Origin: Amphiscolops sp. MND2022
Lineage: Eukaryota
Direction of reading: 5' to 3'
NCBI GenBank assembly: GCA_964187785.1
Contig: OZ076412.1
Location: 11,098,001 to 11,162,000, forward strand
Length of the DNA: 64,000 nt
Part shown: positions 61,701 to 64,000 of the stretch, piece by piece
Layout of the letters: the number at the start of each line of letters is the position of its first letter
Numbering within the stretch: the first letter of the stretch is position 1
Notes under the pieces: generated by a model
What the model saw: only the letters and a program-made list of their open reading frames with translations
Told to the model about the DNA's origin: nothing
Database searches by the model: none
Program-made: the position numbers and the translations under genes

Positions 61701-63073
61701 TGATAGTAATAAAAGTGGAGTTAATCGAGATTTATGGAAATTGGAACTAGGGTGTAAATATCAAGTTGGACTCCATGCTTCAATAGTCTAGAAATTATAT
61801 AACGTACAAATGAAATCCCAGACATTTCGCATTAGTTTCAAGCTAGTTCCGAATGTTCGCGCCAAGTATTTGCACCCTTGAATGAAACATGACGCGAAAC
61901 AGTCCTCTTAGCAGGAAGAAAATAGTTGTTTCTACGATGAAAGCCACAACATATTCCATACATACTGTTGGCCAAAGCTTGTAAATTCAATTCCGCACCT
62001 TGACGCAATATGGTTTCAAACCTAAGCAGTAAATCCAGCGTTATTGCACAAATACACGTTATGTAAGATCTAGTTTGAACATTTTCCGGAGCACTTGTTA
62101 CCATTGTTATAGTCTCAGAATTGTCAGAGCATAGCGGATTTCACGCTTATGTGTTTGAGATTTTACGTGGATTTTTGTTGATAAAGGAATGAGAAAGGTT
62201 TATTAGGTTTTCTTTGATGAAAATCTGCGCAAGTGGCCAAAATTTATATTCAATTTATCTGAATTAGCACAGTACAGTTCAGTGTTGTTGTTTATTTTCA
62301 TGGATATCCACGTTTGTGTTTTTTTGGAAGAACAAGATTTTGAGGAATGTTGAAGAATTAGAGTTGAAGATAGGGTTGTCGACAATTTTTGGAATTTCAA
62401 AGCGAGACGTGGTAATGAAACCAATTTACACGCAGACAAGTCCATTCATTGCACTCGGTTCTGCAGTTTTTGAGAAAAGTGTTTAGGTTCAAGTTCAACA
62501 ACTACATTGTAACTTTCTCGGAGAGACGGTAATGTTCAATGTTACTTGTAGGTGAACCAAATAGACCTAAGATTGGTATGATGCTTCCGCACGGATTCAT
62601 TTATTACATACCTCAAAACTACTGGATCCACCATTTTGTTTCTCAGGCTTAGTTGTGATTGTTTAAAATATTCGGGTGGCGTGTTTCATTTGACATTGCC
62701 CCAATAAACGCAGTAATTGTGTTTTTATTGTTTATGAATCAGCCCAGTATGTTGTTTCTATGAACTGAATAAAATCTGGCTACAAAATGTCGCTTCTGTT
62801 CATTTATGTTGAGTTTCAACTGTTTTGAATCAACCTCATCCAATCCACGCGACCAACAAATACCTCGTGTTCCCATGTATTTCATTCCCTTCATGCAAAT
62901 TCATGGAAACTTGCATTTCAGGGTCACTGGCATCTTCGCGCATCTACACTGAGCCAGACCTGGTATCACAAATAAGGGACCAACCCACCCTTACCAGAGG
63001 AGCCGGCGGAGGAGATTCTCTGGCCAGAAATGTAGCCAGGGCCTATGCCGAAACTGACATCACCCAGATACAG
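43639..63073 (+). CDS. DDR: Discoidin domain receptor (DDR)-like receptor, partial: join(43639..43705, 45493..45688, 48117..48450, 49396..49848, 50172..50216, 54687..54833, 57702..57929, 59011..59184, 60678..60830, 62922..63073); kinase exons presumably downstream
   Basis: All junctions are GT-AG with matching phases (1,2,0,1,1,1,1,1,1,1,0). Domain order is F5/8C-like, DS-like, stalk, TM, Tyr-rich juxtamembrane. YAETDITQIQ matches DDR HYAEADIVxLQ. Confidence 0.8.
45370..45450 (-). repeat. tRNA-derived SINE-like repeat, copy 2, adjoining a HINE-like fragment (~45060-45310)
   Basis: Minus strand TGTAGTGGTTAGCGC...CTGTACTGGGGCGG...GGTTCGAATC...TTTTTGGGCCTTAA; paralog of 9968-10050. Confidence 0.65.
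45493..45688 (+). CDS. DDR: DDR-like exon with a Gly/Ser-rich insert, ending SPQYID
   Basis: Open frame; GAC/GTTAGT phase-0 donor joins to IVFDSVY, giving QYIDIVF (cf. DDR EYLQVDL). The acceptor could alternatively be at 45500. Confidence 0.6.
48117..48450 (+). CDS. DDR: DDR-like exon: discoidin (F5/8 type C-like) core
   Basis: TTTGTTTCAG acceptor; LQYSRPG and LKPPFVMKNLRI match DDR YSRDG and LxPPxVARxVRF; ends LLCQFN at a GTTAGT donor. Confidence 0.8.
48494..48931 (+). mobile_element. Divergent HINE-like element in a DDR intron
   Basis: AACAAGACGAGAACGTCTGAAGTCGGCGCCATA ... TTTTGTTTCACAAAAAGCGTCGACTAAAAA. Confidence 0.6.
49396..49848 (+). CDS. DDR: DDR-like exon: DS-like domain
   Basis: LESYT...YDG...GLGSL...YVEW...VEMNFAF...VTC...VHC parallels DDR LLSY...YDG...GLGQL...YVGW...VEMEFEF with the Cys pair; TTTTCAG/GTAAGA sites. 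Confidence 0.85.
50172..50216 (+). CDS. DDR: DDR-like 45-nt exon (RNATAAEIDATNPDK)
   Basis: TTTTTAG acceptor, GTCAGT donor, symmetric phase 1; includes an N-glycosylation sequon. Confidence 0.6.
53422..54172. mobile_element. Tc1/mariner-type MITE (751 bp) with ~200-bp TIRs
   Basis: TA|CAGTAGCGTTCTAAAATATCGCAAC ... GTTGCGATATTTTAGAACGCTACTG|TA. Confidence 0.9.
54262..54610. mobile_element. MITE, same family as 32110-34752 (empty-site copy)
   Basis: GGCTCTTTTCTG start, shared internal sequence, and a single GACATAAT-TATAGTC at 54453 where the hAT is inserted in the other copy. Confidence 0.7.
54687..54833 (+). CDS. DDR: DDR-like exon: Gly/Asp/Ser-rich stalk
   Basis: TTTTCAG/GTGAAT sites, symmetric phase 1, high coding-type GC against AT-rich flanks. 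Confidence 0.75.
55238..55606. mobile_element. hAT MITE (TTAGCG-rich family), copy 1
   Basis: TIR CAGAGTTTTAACA/TGTCAAAACCCTG; TSD TTTGAAAC/TTCGAAAC (7/8). Confidence 0.85.
56315..56556. mobile_element. MITE, same family as 32110-34752, left part missing
   Basis: Shared internal sequence and right end GGTGGGGGCAGAAAAGAGCC. Confidence 0.65.
57702..57929 (+). CDS. DDR: DDR-like exon: end of stalk plus transmembrane helix
   Basis: YLTLIILVMASLCGVVLTIVAVGIGWICY followed by the basic stop-transfer RRKK; TTTTCAG/GTGAGC sites. Confidence 0.85.
58442..58651. mobile_element. hAT MITE (TTAGCG-rich family), copy 2, internally shorter
   Basis: TIR CAGAGTTTTGACA/TATCAAAACCCTG; TSD CATTAGAC/CATTGGAC (7/8). 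Confidence 0.85.
59011..59184 (+). CDS. DDR: DDR-like exon: cytoplasmic juxtamembrane
   Basis: TGTTTCAG/GTGAGC sites, symmetric phase 1; Tyr motifs YQAL and YETP. Confidence 0.7.
60388..60649. mobile_element. hAT MITE (TTAGCG-rich family), copy 3
   Basis: TIR CAGAGTTTTGACA/TGTCAAAAGCCTG; degenerate TSD (TCTCTTGT/TCTCACAT). Confidence 0.75.
60678..60830 (+). CDS. DDR: DDR-like exon: cytoplasmic juxtamembrane
   Basis: TTGCAG/GTAAGT sites, symmetric phase 1, open frame ERCASNPLFR...TEPFY. Confidence 0.65.
62922..63073 (+). CDS. DDR: DDR-like exon: juxtamembrane with YTEP and YAETDI motifs
   Basis: TTTCAG acceptor phase 1; IYTEP...AYAETDITQIQ parallels DDR YQEP...HYAEADIVNLQ. Confidence 0.8.
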
Positions 63074-63092
63074 GTAGCTCATCATTCATTTA

Positions 63093-63493
63093 AACAAACC
63101 GGGAACGGCATAAGTCGACGCCATATCTAAGACTCAAAAATAGCAATAGGACTTAGTGTCAAAAGGACTTGGTGTCAAGTATTCTTTTACAGTACCCGAA
63201 AAACCCTAAACCGAATTGGCGCGTCTAGTTGTTGCAAAACATCAAAAAATTGAAGGGGGACCCTTTGGCAAAATTTTTTTGCGGAAAAAGTCTCACAATG
63301 CCGAAAAAAGTCTCTCCCGGTATTGTATGTTACGCGGAAAAAGAGAAAAAACCTTTTTGGTTCAGTTCGCTAGGCCAAATGATTCAATTTGGGACCATAA
63401 AATTTCGTAGAACTTTCGTTTTTTCGTTTTTTTTTCGTGAATAAAAAATCACTATAATAGTCGCGCTTCACTTCATGAAGCGCCGACTAAAAA
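63093..63493 (+). mobile_element. HINE-like element, complete
   Basis: AACAAACCGGGAACGGCATAAGTCGACGCCATATC ... TAGTCGCGCTTCACTTCATGAAGCGCCGACTAAAAA. Confidence 0.75.
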
Positions 63494-64000
63494 CTGAAAA
63501 CTTTACAAACAAAGTTTCATTTAAGGTAATACCCTTGTTGAGAAAAAACTGGCCACTTTGCGAGAATTTCGCAAGGTAATTCATTTGTCTTCAGGACATT
63601 GCAAGAATCTTGCAACAAAAAAAGGGTTACTCGAGAGCAGTGAATTAGGTTTTACCAAAAAGCGCGCTTATCACTTGTTGCGCTTGTGACTGGCCCCCTT
63701 AATGCTTAACCGACGTTTTGTGAAAAAAATGAATGAGCAAGTTCAAATTTTTCTAACATTATCTGTTACGTCTTAATCTTGTCAACAAATTACAAGCACC
63801 AAAGGGTAACATAATTCTGTGATAACCCTAAGTTACAAAAATCACAACGCTTGCAAAATTCTTACAAGAATTCTTGTAAGATCTTGTAAGAAAATGCATT
63901 TTTAGAATCTAACTCTTGCAAAAATCTTGCAAGATTTGCATTTTTCTGCTCAGAATGTTACAAAAAATGCATAAATCCGACCATTTTTTGCATTTCCTGC
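63494..64000. repeat. Repeat family with TTGCAAGA(A)TCTTGCAA palindromic units
   Basis: 63494-63638 matches 18148-18290; more CTTG(C/T)AAG units at 63850-63940. Confidence 0.5.

Overview
AT-rich, repeat-dense animal (invertebrate-like) genomic DNA; nothing suggests a prokaryote. One host gene is supported: a multi-exon discoidin-domain-receptor (DDR)-like gene on the + strand. It has 10 phase-consistent exons from 43639 to 63073; the first exon was not found, and the kinase domain is expected beyond the window. The rest is mostly transposable elements. (1) A young BEL/Pao LTR retrotransposon (23028-26683, 5-bp TSD AGCAT) with intact RT-RNaseH-integrase but lacking the end of the 5' LTR, the PBS, gag and protease. 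(2) A nearly intact hAT transposon (32352-34579, 8-bp TSD, one intron, one frameshift) nested in a MITE with its own 8-bp TSD. (3) Several hAT and Tc1/mariner MITEs, two visibly derived from transposase genes by internal deletion. (4) At least 12 copies of a Helentron/HINE-like family whose terminal hairpin varies in sequence but keeps its pairing; some carry tRNA-derived segments. Two long minus-strand blocks of decayed, apparently intron-less coding sequence (about 2.0-8.5 kb and 13.7-21.7 kb) could not be assigned to a family and are the main unexplained content. All calls were made by eye; no database searches were run.
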